The notes: generated by a model from the letters alone, not told the origin. Positions 1-9,442 are shown, numbered from the stretch's first letter. The stretch is 42,443 bases of DNA from Nitrososphaera sp. (GCF_050748925.1 NZ_JBOGQF010000001.1:1-42443), one strand, 5' to 3'. Numbers and translations are program-made.

Positions 1-2
1 GC

Positions 3-1211
3 TTTACATGCGCAGATGTACTGGCAGGTATCAGATCGTGCACCTTGCCTGTGACTCTGAGTACTGAGGGTGCGGATCAATCTGTAACAGGCACAGCAGA
101 AGACAGGGCTGATAACACTGCTGGCGTCACGGTTGGAAATATTAGTATCGACAAGACGGCTCCAATAATCACGGCCAGTAGAAGCCCAGTAGCCAACAGC
201 TATGGATGGAATAACGGTGCAGTGGAAGTGAGTTTCATATGCGATGATGCGCTGTCCGGGGTCGACTCATGCACAGGCTCTATGACCCTCGGCGATGAAG
301 GCGCAGGACAGTCCGTAACAGGTCTAGCAACAGATAAGGCAAATAACTCTGCTTCTAACATGGTTGGCGGCATCAACATAGACCTCACTGCGCCAACAAT
401 CACTCACACAATCATTCCCGACGCCAATTCTAACGGGTGGCATAATGCTGATGTTATTGTCCGCTTTGAAGCATCTGAAACACTTTCGGGCATAGATGGT
501 GCTTCCACGCAGGATATGGTGTTTACATTGGAGGGTTCTGGACAGACTACTGGAGATATTGCTTTTACAGATAAGGCGGGCAACAGTGCCAGCGACAGTG
601 TATCTGGAATTTCAATAGACAAGACGGCACCGTCCGTGTCGATTTCTGGTATTGCTAGTGGCGCAGAGTTCATCTGGGGAGATTCAATCCCTGCAGCCGT
701 TTGCAACGCTGCGGATGGCTTATCCGGGATGGACAGCTGCATCCTAACAATGGTGCCAAATAATGGAAATGTCGGTGAACATACCATATCAGCTAAAGCT
801 ACGGACAAAGCCGGGAATGTCGCAACAACTAGCATTTCCTACACCATCAAGGCATGGACGCTACGTGGCTTTTATCAGCCGGTAGATATGGGAACCGTCC
901 TGAACACTGTAAAGGGTGGACAGACTGTTCCAATGAAATTTGAGGTGTTTGCAGGTACAGCAGAAAAGACGAGCATATCAGATATCTCATCCTTTACCCA
1001 GAAGAAGATAAGCTGCAGCAACATCAATACAGCAATGACGGACGATGTAGAGCTAACAACCACTGGCAACACCGCGTTGAGATATGACAGTACGTCAGGG
1101 CAGTTCATAGCAAACTGGAAGACACCAACAGGGCAGGCAGGCACATGCTGGGAAGCTAAAATGACGTCATTAGACGGCTCAATAATTGTAGGGTTCTTCA
1201 AGTTGAAGTAG
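3..1211 (+). CDS. 5'-truncated large surface/secreted protein with tandem Ig-like repeats and a C-terminal PxKF-type domain
   Basis: The frame is open from base 3 (FTCADVLAGIRSCTLPV...), so the gene starts before the window. Repeats of D-x-T-A-P...NxxGWxN...D-x-LSG...TDKAGN; C-terminal TVKGGQTVPMKF...YDSTSGQFIANWKTP. Confidence 0.8.
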   Translation, partial: FTCADVLAGIRSCTLPVTLSTEGADQSVTGTAEDRADNTAGVTVGNISIDKTAPIITASRSPVANSYGWNNGAVEVSFICDDALSGVDSCTGSMTLGDEGAGQSVTGLATDKANNSASNMVGGINIDLTAPTITHTIIPDANSNGWHNADVIVRFEASETLSGIDGASTQDMVFTLEGSGQTTGDIAFTDKAGNSASDSVSGISIDKTAPSVSISGIASGAEFIWGDSIPAAVCNAADGLSGMDSCILTMVPNNGNVGEHTISAKATDKAGNVATTSISYTIKAWTLRGFYQPVDMGTVLNTVKGGQTVPMKFEVFAGTAEKTSISDISSFTQKKISCSNINTAMTDDVELTTTGNTALRYDSTSGQFIANWKTPTGQAGTCWEAKMTSLDGSIIVGFFKLK

Positions 1212-1260
1212 CATATCCGATGCGGAAGTAGAACGCTGTAAAGTGAAGTAAAGAAAGTGT

Positions 1261-1300
1261 GAGGGAAGAAGAGAAGCTTCTCTTCTTCCTTCTTTGTTTC
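1261..1300 (+). terminator. Perfect 26-bp palindrome followed by a T-rich tract; probable terminator
   Basis: ggaagaagagaag/cttctcttcttcc at 1264-1289, followed by ttctttgtttc, about 50 nt after the stop of the surface protein gene. Confidence 0.55.
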
Positions 1301-1538
1301 TTAATGGCGGTTCAATTTCACCGGTTCCCAGAACATCTGTGGGGTATAGATAACGTCCCGCATTTTTGGCGTTTTACGTGGATTGACTATAATCGCACAT
1401 TAAAGAATGCGCGCCTTTTACGCACGAGAATCCCTAATTAACAAGGCCAGAATTAGACCAACTGATTACAAGGGCACAGCCGTCATTCAGTTCCGGATTG
1501 CCATTACGCATTTGTTATTAGAGACAGCGCATCTTTCG

Positions 1539-1724
1539 ATGGCATTGAGAGACGCAACGTTGATCGCACTGGCAATGATAGCGGCGGTAGGCATGTTAGG
1601 GGTGATAGCAATAGGCATGGTAAGTGCACCATCTGCAGAAGCGGCAGGCTGCATAAACTCCAATGCTCCTGGCGGAGGAAGCATAGCATTCAATGCAAGC
1701 CAAGGGCGCTGTTTCCGTCCGTGA
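1539..1724 (+). CDS. Small secreted peptide (61-aa precursor, two Cys in the mature part)
   Basis: ATG at 1539 gives MALRDATLIALAMIAAVGMLGVIAIGMVSAPSAEA-AGCINSNAPGGGSIAFNASQGRCFRP: hydrophobic signal, AxA cleavage site, short mature peptide. Confidence 0.65.
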   Translation: MALRDATLIALAMIAAVGMLGVIAIGMVSAPSAEAAGCINSNAPGGGSIAFNASQGRCFRP

Positions 1725-1929
1725 ACATAAAGAATCATCAGTAACAGACGATGGTAAACGCTTAGGGCAGAATTAGGTAATCCCCTCTGAGCACAAGAAA
1801 AAATATGACGTTTCACATAAAGCAAATGATTGTCTTTTACACACATGTGCAAGCGTATAATGAAAAGGCACCTGAATGCCCGTATCAGGACTTGAAGAAA
1901 AGAAAAAAGGCGGGGGAGGATGATTCCCA

Positions 1930-2496
1930 CTACTTGTTCGCTTTGTGGGCCTGATGGTTTCCGTTTTCAAGGAACGCGTTGGCGATCAAGACTGTTGTGT
2001 CTGGCGAACCCCCGTGTATTACGATGAACGCAGTATCTCCTGTACCCGGCTCTCCTGCATCCGTAAATTCAAAGTGAATCTGGTAGCCTGCCACGCCGTT
2101 GTACGATCCAAATCCATCTGCTTCGTACCTGTCAAAGGGTGCCTTTGGTGGCTGGGGCTGTATTGGGGGGTCGTCAATGCATTTGATGTTTGTCAGACTT
2201 TCGCCATCTAGGTGGAAGCGATTGCCGCCATCCCAGTTGATCTCTAGATTGTTGGGTCTGTCGTCAATGCCGCAATGCAGCTCAAAGCCATGTGTGACAA
2301 TCATGTCGCCTGCAAGTCTGCCGCCGCCTGTCATCCTTCCATCTGCGCAACCTTCAGCCGGACAATCATGCGCATAGGCGTTTCTTGTCCCAAGAGCAAA
2401 GATTGACGTGGCCAGAACCGAGCCGAGCATGGCTGTGGCCAGAAAAACGGCCGCTGTTTTTTTCAAATTTCTAGCGTCCTTGCCAGAATGTTCCAT
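1930..2496 (-). CDS. Secreted hypothetical protein (predicted beta-rich domain)
   Basis: Basic N-region, hydrophobic stretch and AYA cleavage site, then GRMTGGG...FTDAGEPG..D motifs and 4 Cys. Confidence 0.7.
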   Translation of the reverse strand: MEHSGKDARNLKKTAAVFLATAMLGSVLATSIFALGTRNAYAHDCPAEGCADGRMTGGGRLAGDMIVTHGFELHCGIDDRPNNLEINWDGGNRFHLDGESLTNIKCIDDPPIQPQPPKAPFDRYEADGFGSYNGVAGYQIHFEFTDAGEPGTGDTAFIVIHGGSPDTTVLIANAFLENGNHQAHKANK

Positions 2497-2875
2497 TGCT
2501 CGTGGCCGCGGCTAGCATGGGATAATAGCTGATTGACCATCTGATGATCGCGGCTCGATATCAAATTAGCGAAAAAATTCAGTAATGGAGTATTCCGTTC
2601 AGAATTATGACAGTCGATGGCACAGCTCAAAGCCGGCGCTTTGTTACGCGCTAAAATTATGCGACATTTGCCTGTCCAAAAGCAATTCTTGTAAAGGTGC
2701 CGGCCAACTGGTTCTTTCGTCACCTCGATTAACGTAAAATCCGAAAAATCAAGGGGTTTACTATATCGCCACCTGAAATTGGCAACCCGCCTTTCGGGTG
2801 GAAATCTGCGAGTCACCAGTATCGCACAGAGTGGCTTAAACGCTCAAATACCTTTGAGGCAGCTATAGTGCACAG

Positions 2876-3703
2876 ATGGCGACAACGGAACTGGACAGCC
2901 ACGACGAGGTCGTTTACCTTGACTGGAACAACGCCCTTGACGTGCTGGAAAAGGCCTACAAATCCGGCCTGTTTGTGTTAATCATAGGCCCCAAGGGGAC
3001 CGGCAAGACGACGCTAGTGCGCAAGTTTGCATCCAAGATGAAAAAAGAGCTGCATTCGGTCAACTTTTCGCTGCGCACCCGCGAGTCGCACCTTGTCGGC
3101 ACCCGCACCATAGAAAAGGGGCAGATAAGCTTTGTCGAAGGCGTGCTGGTAAAATCGATGCGCACCGGCACCATGCTCTATCTCGACGAGTTGAACGCCG
3201 CAGAAGCTGACGTATTGCTGAGGCTCGACGAGGCGCTCGACGACAGGCGCCAGCTTGTGCTAAAGGAAGCAGAGGGCCAGGTCGTAAAGGCGTCGCCGGA
3301 CTGGCTCGCCATCGCCACCATAAACCCGCTGTCGCACGTAGGCACTAAAGAGCTGCCGCCGCAGCTGCTGAGCAGGTTCCCGGTGCGCATGAGGCTCGAC
3401 TACCCGCCGGAGGACCTGGAGCTTGAAATCGTAAAGCGCCACGCCGCACTCGACGACTCTAAAATCAGAGACGTCAAGCACGCCATACAGCTGGCAAAGA
3501 GCCTGCGCGACGCGGCGGCAGTTGAAGAGCTGTACTACAGCCCGTCGCTGCGCGAGACCATTGCCTTTGCCAAGATGCTTTTAGCCGGCATGCCGGCGAG
3601 GCAGGCTGCAGAGGTCGTTTACGCAAACGCCTACGACCAGTGGGGCCAGGTCGAGTACCAAAAAGTGATGGACATGATAACATCAATTTTTGGCGACAGG
3701 TAA
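2876..3703 (+). CDS. MoxR/CbbQ/NorQ-family AAA+ ATPase
   Basis: Walker A GPKGTGKT, Walker B LYLDE, ATINP, LLSRF arginine finger, SLRE sensor 2. Confidence 0.92.
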   Translation: MATTELDSHDEVVYLDWNNALDVLEKAYKSGLFVLIIGPKGTGKTTLVRKFASKMKKELHSVNFSLRTRESHLVGTRTIEKGQISFVEGVLVKSMRTGTMLYLDELNAAEADVLLRLDEALDDRRQLVLKEAEGQVVKASPDWLAIATINPLSHVGTKELPPQLLSRFPVRMRLDYPPEDLELEIVKRHAALDDSKIRDVKHAIQLAKSLRDAAAVEELYYSPSLRETIAFAKMLLAGMPARQAAEVVYANAYDQWGQVEYQKVMDMITSIFGDR

Positions 3704-3704
3704 T

Positions 3705-5276
3705 ATGTCTGCGGCAATCATGCGCAACGACGTACTGCTCGACATCGCCACGTTCCTTGCCCGCCGGTGGTCAGGCAACAACAAAGTTACCATCGCCATC
3801 GCGCCGGAAAAGTCGCCGGCGACAAAGCCGGACAAGAGCCAGATAACGCTCCCGTCGCTTGCCTATTACCTCGGCACGGACTTTCAAAAATACAGGCAGT
3901 GGCGCGTCGCCCTGTGGTACGAGTCGATGCGCATGCGCCACTCTGGCAAGGTGCTCTCTAACGAGCATGCATTTGGCTTTCTCCTCAACACCATTGAAAC
4001 AAAGAGGGTCGAGATCCTCGGCCTGCAGAGCTGGGAGGGCATGGAGCGCGAGCTCTTGTTCAACGAAGGCATATCGTGGATGTCGCGCCAGCTGCTGAAC
4101 TCCATCTACGGTCGGTACAAGATAGCTGAGGCGTTTTCGCAGTACTTTTTGACCGGCTACGTCAAGGGCGAGCTCTTTGGAGGCGAGATGGAAAAGGTGC
4201 AAAAGGCCACCGACTATGCAAACGAGCTGGTACAGGAGGCGGTAGCAAGCGATCATGGCACCGAGTGGATGGAGCAGCACGTCCCCAAGCTGATAAAGAT
4301 TCTAGAGCTGGACCCGCTCGTGTCGATACCGGTGCTTGCGCCCCACACAAGGGCGGGCGCGTCGCTGACCCAGAGCGATCTCTTGAAGCACATAGAGAAG
4401 GTGGTCAAGTCACGAAAGAAGGAAAAGGATTCTGAAGAAAAGGCGCAAGAGATCTATGAGGGCAACGACGTGGCACACGAGTTTGAGACGCTCGTCAAGG
4501 AGAGCAAAAAGACCGAGAACAAGGGCTACGACAGCCTAGAGAACTTTGGGCTGAGCGTGCCGGAGCGCATGGACATCGACGAGGCGCGCCTTTACGACCT
4601 CGACCTCATACAAAAGGTAAAGGCCGCGTTCCGCGCCTGGAAGACGGGCTGGAAAGAGGTGCATGACGACTCTGGCGACGAGCTCGACGTCGAGGCGCTG
4701 GCAGAGTCGTTGCCCAAGCCGTTCCTGTCAGACGTAAAGCTGTCGATAAAGACAAAGGTCGTGCTGCTGCTGGATCATTCAAGCAGCATCGCCGATGTCG
4801 AGCTGGAATACAAGCAGGCGACCATCGCGCTCTGCGAGGCGCTGAGCTACCTCGGCGTGAAATTTGCCGTCTACGCATTTTCCACAGAGAGCCGGCAGGT
4901 CAAGGCCTGGGTCGTCAAGCCGCCGAATGTCAAGTGGTCGCTGGTGTGCGCGCGCCGGCTGGCGCAGATAAAGGCGGTGGGCGGAACGCCCCTTGCAGAG
5001 GTGTATGGCCTGCTGCAGCCAGCGCTAAAGTCGTTCCGACCAGACATCTTTGTGACGCTGACAGACGGCGAGCCTTCGGACTTTGACGCCGTGCGCGCGA
5101 TGGTGCTTTCGTACCGCAAGGCGGGAGTAAAGATGGCGGCAATAGGCGTGGGCCGGAACCTGAACGACGCGGTGGACATTGGCCACAACCTGAAATACCT
5201 CAACTATGAAAAGACGCTTGCAGTCAGCAGGCTGCAGGACATGCCCAAAAAAGTGATAGGGCTCTTGCGTTCCTAG
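3705..5276 (+). CDS. VWA-domain partner protein (NorD/CbbO-like)
   Basis: C-terminal MIDAS motifs LLDHSSS, GGTP and LTDGEP. ATG 3705 directly follows the ATPase stop, so it is preferred over 3690. Confidence 0.85.
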   Translation: MSAAIMRNDVLLDIATFLARRWSGNNKVTIAIAPEKSPATKPDKSQITLPSLAYYLGTDFQKYRQWRVALWYESMRMRHSGKVLSNEHAFGFLLNTIETKRVEILGLQSWEGMERELLFNEGISWMSRQLLNSIYGRYKIAEAFSQYFLTGYVKGELFGGEMEKVQKATDYANELVQEAVASDHGTEWMEQHVPKLIKILELDPLVSIPVLAPHTRAGASLTQSDLLKHIEKVVKSRKKEKDSEEKAQEIYEGNDVAHEFETLVKESKKTENKGYDSLENFGLSVPERMDIDEARLYDLDLIQKVKAAFRAWKTGWKEVHDDSGDELDVEALAESLPKPFLSDVKLSIKTKVVLLLDHSSSIADVELEYKQATIALCEALSYLGVKFAVYAFSTESRQVKAWVVKPPNVKWSLVCARRLAQIKAVGGTPLAEVYGLLQPALKSFRPDIFVTLTDGEPSDFDAVRAMVLSYRKAGVKMAAIGVGRNLNDAVDIGHNLKYLNYEKTLAVSRLQDMPKKVIGLLRS

Positions 5277-5938
5277 AACGACAGGTTCGGGTTGTCGCGC
5301 TTTACCTTTTCCCAGTCGCTCAGAAAAGCCGCGAGGCCCTTATCGGTGAGCGGGTGCGCCATCATCTTGCCCAGTATGTCCGGCGGCAGCGTAACAACAT
5401 GCGCGCCTATCTTGCCGGCGTCCACCACGTGCATCGGGTGCCGGACGCTTGCCACGAGCACGTTCGTGTCAAAGCGATAGTTGTTGAAAATCTGCACGAT
5501 TTCGCGTATCAGCGTCATGCCGTCCTGCCCCGCGTCGTCCAGCCTCCCGATGAACGGGCTGACGTAGGACGCGCCCGCCTTTGCAGCCAGCACGGCCTGG
5601 TTTGCGGAAAAGACGAGCGTCACGTTGGTGCTGATGCCCTCGCCCTTTAGCTTTTTCACGGCTTTCAGCCCTTCGGGGATCATGGGCACCTTTACTATCA
5701 CGTTCTGGCCGTATTTTTTCAGCCTGTGCGCCTCTTCGATCATCAAGTCATAGGCCGTCCCGACGACTTCGAGGCTAACCGGGCCCTTGACGATGCGCAC
5801 TATCTCGTGCATGATCTCGGCAGGGTTGCCCTTTTCCTTTGAGAGGAGGGTTGGGTTGGTGGTGACGCCGTCGACGAGGCCCATGTCATTGTACTTTTTT
5901 ATCGCCTCAACGTTGGCGGTATCGAGGAATATCTTCAT
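5273..5938 (-). CDS. tal: Transaldolase (TalC/fructose-6-phosphate aldolase family)
   Basis: IFLDTAN, GVTTNPTL, VKVP with the catalytic Lys, NVTLVFS, YVSPFIGRLDD, ASVR. Confidence 0.93.
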   Translation of the reverse strand: MKIFLDTANVEAIKKYNDMGLVDGVTTNPTLLSKEKGNPAEIMHEIVRIVKGPVSLEVVGTAYDLMIEEAHRLKKYGQNVIVKVPMIPEGLKAVKKLKGEGISTNVTLVFSANQAVLAAKAGASYVSPFIGRLDDAGQDGMTLIREIVQIFNNYRFDTNVLVASVRHPMHVVDAGKIGAHVVTLPPDILGKMMAHPLTDKGLAAFLSDWEKVKRDNPNLSF

Positions 5939-6916
5939 TTATCTTCTTGCCCTACTCCTTGCTTCAATCACTGACCTTGCTATTTCTGTTGCGGTCAGGC
6001 CGTGCTGCTCCAGCAACGTGTCGACTTCCTCGTCGCGGCACGACTCGCCAAACACGTCGCGCACGCCCACGCGCTTTATCGGGACCGGGTACGTCTCGCC
6101 CGCGGCTTCAGACACTGCCGCGCCGAGGCCGCCAATGATGTTGTGCTCCTCGGCGGTGACTAGGGCGCCCGTCTCTTTTGCGCACCTTGCCACCAGCTCT
6201 GTGTCGATGGGCTTTATCGTAAACATGTCGACGACCCCGACCGACAGCCCGTCGCGCTTTAATGCGGCTGACGCCTCAAGCGCCTTGGCCACCATGAGGC
6301 CGCACGCGATTATCGTCGCATCCGAGCCTTCGACAAGCGTGTTGCCGCGGCCCACCCTGAACTGGTCTGCCGGCGTGCTGTCCGCGTAGATGAGCTCTGT
6401 CGTCGGCCTTGCAAGGCGCATGTAGAACGGGCCGGGCGTGTCGACCATCTCCTTTACCAGGTGGCGCACCGCGACGCCGTCGGCCGGCAGGATGACGCGC
6501 ATGTTCGGCATCGACCTCGTGGTGCCAATGTCCTCTATCTGCTGGTGCGACGCGCCGTCCGGCCCCACGGTGAGGCCGCCGTGCGACACCACCAGTTTCA
6601 CGCTCAGTCTGGGGTAGCATATCGTGTTTCGGATCTGGTCTACGGCCCTGCCGGGCACAAAAGCCGCGTACGTGCTTGCAAACGAGACCTTGCCCGCTAT
6701 CGCAAGGCCGGCAGCAATCGAGACGAGGTTTGCCTCTGCGATGCCGACGTTGAACATGCGCTCGGGGTACTTGTCGCCAAACTTTTTCGTCTTGAGCGAG
6801 TCGGTCGTATCGCCGCCGACGCACACTATGCGGGCGTCGGTCTTGCCCAGCTCCACAAGGGCGTCGCCGTACGCCCCTCTCATGTCGACGGTCTTTTTCT
6901 CGCTACTTAATAGCAT
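5939..6916 (-). CDS. Transketolase, C-terminal subunit
   Basis: FNVGIAEANL, GPDGASHQ, GPFYMRL, DMFTIKPID, EEHNIIGGLG. Confidence 0.93.
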   Translation of the reverse strand: MLLSSEKKTVDMRGAYGDALVELGKTDARIVCVGGDTTDSLKTKKFGDKYPERMFNVGIAEANLVSIAAGLAIAGKVSFASTYAAFVPGRAVDQIRNTICYPRLSVKLVVSHGGLTVGPDGASHQQIEDIGTTRSMPNMRVILPADGVAVRHLVKEMVDTPGPFYMRLARPTTELIYADSTPADQFRVGRGNTLVEGSDATIIACGLMVAKALEASAALKRDGLSVGVVDMFTIKPIDTELVARCAKETGALVTAEEHNIIGGLGAAVSEAAGETYPVPIKRVGVRDVFGESCRDEEVDTLLEQHGLTATEIARSVIEARSRARR

Positions 6917-8552
6917 TGAGCTCTTCCTCTATTTGCAGTTCCGATGCGTACGGGATCAATATGTTTTTGCGCGCCTTCATCCAGTCCGTCCTTATCGAAA
7001 GGCGGGTTGCATGATCCAGCAGTTTGCGCTCCAGCGCGACTTCTGCCTTGTGGCGCAGGTGTATCACGGCGCCGTGTATGTCGGTGTTGCCATAGACGGC
7101 GTTGCCTGCTACAAATATCCTGGCGCCGGCGTCGTATACCTGCTGCAAAGTCGTCGCGTCTATCCCGCCGTCCGCTTCAATATAGCCGCGAAAGCCGTGG
7201 TCGCGCAACTTTTTGTTCACGGCAACCATCTTGGGCAGCACCTCCGGCATGAACTTTTGCCCTGCAAAGCCGGGGTTCACCGACATGATGATGATGACAT
7301 CAAGGTCCGGCAGGTGCGGCAGGAGCCAGTCGGGGATGTCGGTCCTGGGGTTTATCGCAATGCCGGGGCTGATGCCCGACTCTAGGCAGCGCCCCTGTAT
7401 CTGCACAAACTCGTCTTCGGTGCACGCCTCGGCGTGGACCGTGATGACGTCGCACCGGGCGTCGATGTATTCCTGAATGTGGTCTACCGGCCGCTCTATC
7501 ATCAGGTGGGCGTCAAACGGCAGCGGCGTCAAAGGCCTCAGCTTTTTTATCGTGTCGGCGAAAAACGTGGTGTTCGGGACGAACCTGCCGTCCATCACGT
7601 CGAGGTGGATCATCTCCACGCCCTCGCGCTCGGCTTTTTTGATCTTTTGCTCATAGTTCTCCTTCTCGCCGGCGATGATGGAAGGCGCGATTATCGCCTC
7701 GCTTTCCAGCTCTTCGAGCAATACCGGCGTGTGCTTTTTGGGCGGCGCCTTGCCGTGCCACTGCGGGTTGTTGGCCATGTGCCGGACGCCGTTGCCCTTG
7801 ATGGTGTTTGCGATAATCATCACCGGCTTGTCCTTTACCTGCGCGGCCTTGTTGAGCGCGTCCATCAGCTGCTCGACGCGGTGGCCGTCAACTTCAATCA
7901 CGTGCCAGTTGAACGCCTCCCACTTGTTCTTGGCCGGGTCTAGTGGCATGATGTCCTCTGTAAAGCCGTCCTGCTGGATGCGGTTTCTGTCAAGCACCGC
8001 AACCAGGTTGTCGAGCTTGAATTTCGCGGCCGCCATCGACGCCTCCCACACCTGGCCCTCGTTTGACTCGCCGTCCCCTATCAGGACGTAGACGCGGTTT
8101 TTCTTGCCGTCGAGCCTGCTTGCCAGCGCGATGCCGACGCCGACTGAAAGGCCAATGCCCTCCGAGCCGCCCGAGTACTCGATGCCCGGCACGCTGTGGT
8201 GCTTTTGGTGGTCTGAATACCGCACTGGGTGGCCCTGCAGGCGCGATCCGAGCTTGCGCAGCGTCTTTAGTTCTTCTGCCGGGAAATAGCCTGCCACTGC
8301 AAGCGTAGAGTAATAGCCGGGCGCCGAGTGCGCCTTGGAATTGATGAAGTAGTCGCGCTCCTGCCAGCCGGGGTCCTTGGGGTCGTGCCTCATCCTCCGA
8401 AAGTAAAGCGAGCCCATTATCTCGGCCGCCGAGAAAGAGGCGCCAGGGTGGCCCGAGCCGGCCTCTGCGATGCCCTGAATGGCCCACATGCGGACGTCCC
8501 GTATCTTTCTCCTCAGCTCTAGGTAGCGCATGTTAAAGCCCATTATTGTCAC
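6903..8552 (-). CDS. Fusion of transketolase N-terminal subunit and ribulose-phosphate 3-epimerase
   Basis: N-half has GSGHPG, LQGHP and the TPP motif GDGESNEG..WEA. C-half has APSI, HLDVMDGRFVPN, DAHLM, MSVNPGFAGQKF, ADGGI. The real start may be ATG 8543. Confidence 0.92.
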   Translation of the reverse strand: MTIMGFNMRYLELRRKIRDVRMWAIQGIAEAGSGHPGASFSAAEIMGSLYFRRMRHDPKDPGWQERDYFINSKAHSAPGYYSTLAVAGYFPAEELKTLRKLGSRLQGHPVRYSDHQKHHSVPGIEYSGGSEGIGLSVGVGIALASRLDGKKNRVYVLIGDGESNEGQVWEASMAAAKFKLDNLVAVLDRNRIQQDGFTEDIMPLDPAKNKWEAFNWHVIEVDGHRVEQLMDALNKAAQVKDKPVMIIANTIKGNGVRHMANNPQWHGKAPPKKHTPVLLEELESEAIIAPSIIAGEKENYEQKIKKAEREGVEMIHLDVMDGRFVPNTTFFADTIKKLRPLTPLPFDAHLMIERPVDHIQEYIDARCDVITVHAEACTEDEFVQIQGRCLESGISPGIAINPRTDIPDWLLPHLPDLDVIIIMSVNPGFAGQKFMPEVLPKMVAVNKKLRDHGFRGYIEADGGIDATTLQQVYDAGARIFVAGNAVYGNTDIHGAVIHLRHKAEVALERKLLDHATRLSIRTDWMKARKNILIPYASELQIEEELNAIK

Positions 8553-8589
8553 CTGAAGAGTCCACGGCAGCTTAAAAGCGACGCTGAGG

Positions 8590-8639
8590 AAAATAAAAAG
8601 ATAGCTCCGCTAGGTCTGCCGATGGCAGGCGACAGCTAT
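8590..8639 (-). terminator. Hairpin plus T-tract after the SnoaL-like gene
   Basis: Nested inverted repeats atagct...gtctgcc gat ggcaggc...agctat (8601-8639), followed on the minus strand by ctttttattttcc. Confidence 0.45.
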
Positions 8640-8651
8640 GCAGGACTGGAA

Positions 8652-9152
8652 CTAGGCGTTCGCGCCTATCATTCCCATCCAGGCGTTGAGGATGGGCTCG
8701 TACTGCGGCGACGCAGCGCCAATTACGCCTAGCTGCATCATGAATCTCAGGTCATCGCGGACTGCCTTGTGCTCGACAATCTTGCCGTCAGCGATTCTCG
8801 AAATATGCACAGCCTTGTATGAGAAGCTGCGGCCCGCAGGAGCGATGCCAAAAAAGTCCCCCGTATGTTTGCCTGTGACTGTCATTATCGACACGACCTT
8901 GTCATTTGAGGCGATGCTCTCCTGCTCTTCGTAATGCAGGTCGCTAAAAGCGGCCCTCAGCTTTTTTACGGTATCGATAAATTCATCAGGGCCGCGAAGT
9001 TTTGCTCGTTCCGGGCTGGCCTGGGACTCGTGGTTAAAGTAGTCCGGATGGATAAATTCAGGCACTCGGCTCGTATCTCCAGTATTCAGGGCTTCCATCG
9101 AACGCCGGACAATCTTGATGTTTCTTTCTTCTGACTGTTGTTGCGTCGACAT
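8652..9152 (-). CDS. SnoaL-like ester cyclase / NTF2-fold protein
   Basis: AFSDLHYE...DKVV...GKHTGDFFGIAPAGR...DGKIVEH...DDLRFMMQLG pattern. Confidence 0.88.
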   Translation of the reverse strand: MSTQQQSEERNIKIVRRSMEALNTGDTSRVPEFIHPDYFNHESQASPERAKLRGPDEFIDTVKKLRAAFSDLHYEEQESIASNDKVVSIMTVTGKHTGDFFGIAPAGRSFSYKAVHISRIADGKIVEHKAVRDDLRFMMQLGVIGAASPQYEPILNAWMGMIGANA

Positions 9153-9194
9153 GTCCTTGATCGCATTTTATATTATTCAAGAGTTTTGACGAAA

Positions 9195-9374
9195 TTAGGA
9201 TTCCTTTATCCTAGATTTCAGCTTGGCCCTATACTCTGGCGTCAGGTCGCCCTGCTTTATCCCATGCTCCTTCATCCCGTGCTCGCTTATCCTGTCCAAA
9301 ACCTCTTTTTCCGAGTCTGCCCTGGCGACGAAGCTGCAGTTGTAGCCGGCGTCCTTGCATGCCAGACCTAGCAT
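9195..9374 (-). CDS. DUF1059-like small metal-binding protein (59 aa; absent from the ORF track)
   Basis: Translated by hand: MLGLACKDAGYNCSFVARADSEKEVLDRISEHGMKEHGIKQGDLTPEYRAKLKSRIKES*, with a C-x6-C...H-x4-H pattern. Confidence 0.85.
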   Translation of the reverse strand: MLGLACKDAGYNCSFVARADSEKEVLDRISEHGMKEHGIKQGDLTPEYRAKLKSRIKES

Positions 9375-9442
9375 GCTGTACCGGCGCCTGCATTTGATTA
9401 AAGAGTTTCCCGCAGCTAGGCTTTTAGGCTGGCGAGCCGCAA

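Noticed and set aside
1407..1538. N-terminal extension of the small secreted peptide ORF
   Set aside because: The signal peptide begins at ATG 1539; the upstream part looks intergenic.
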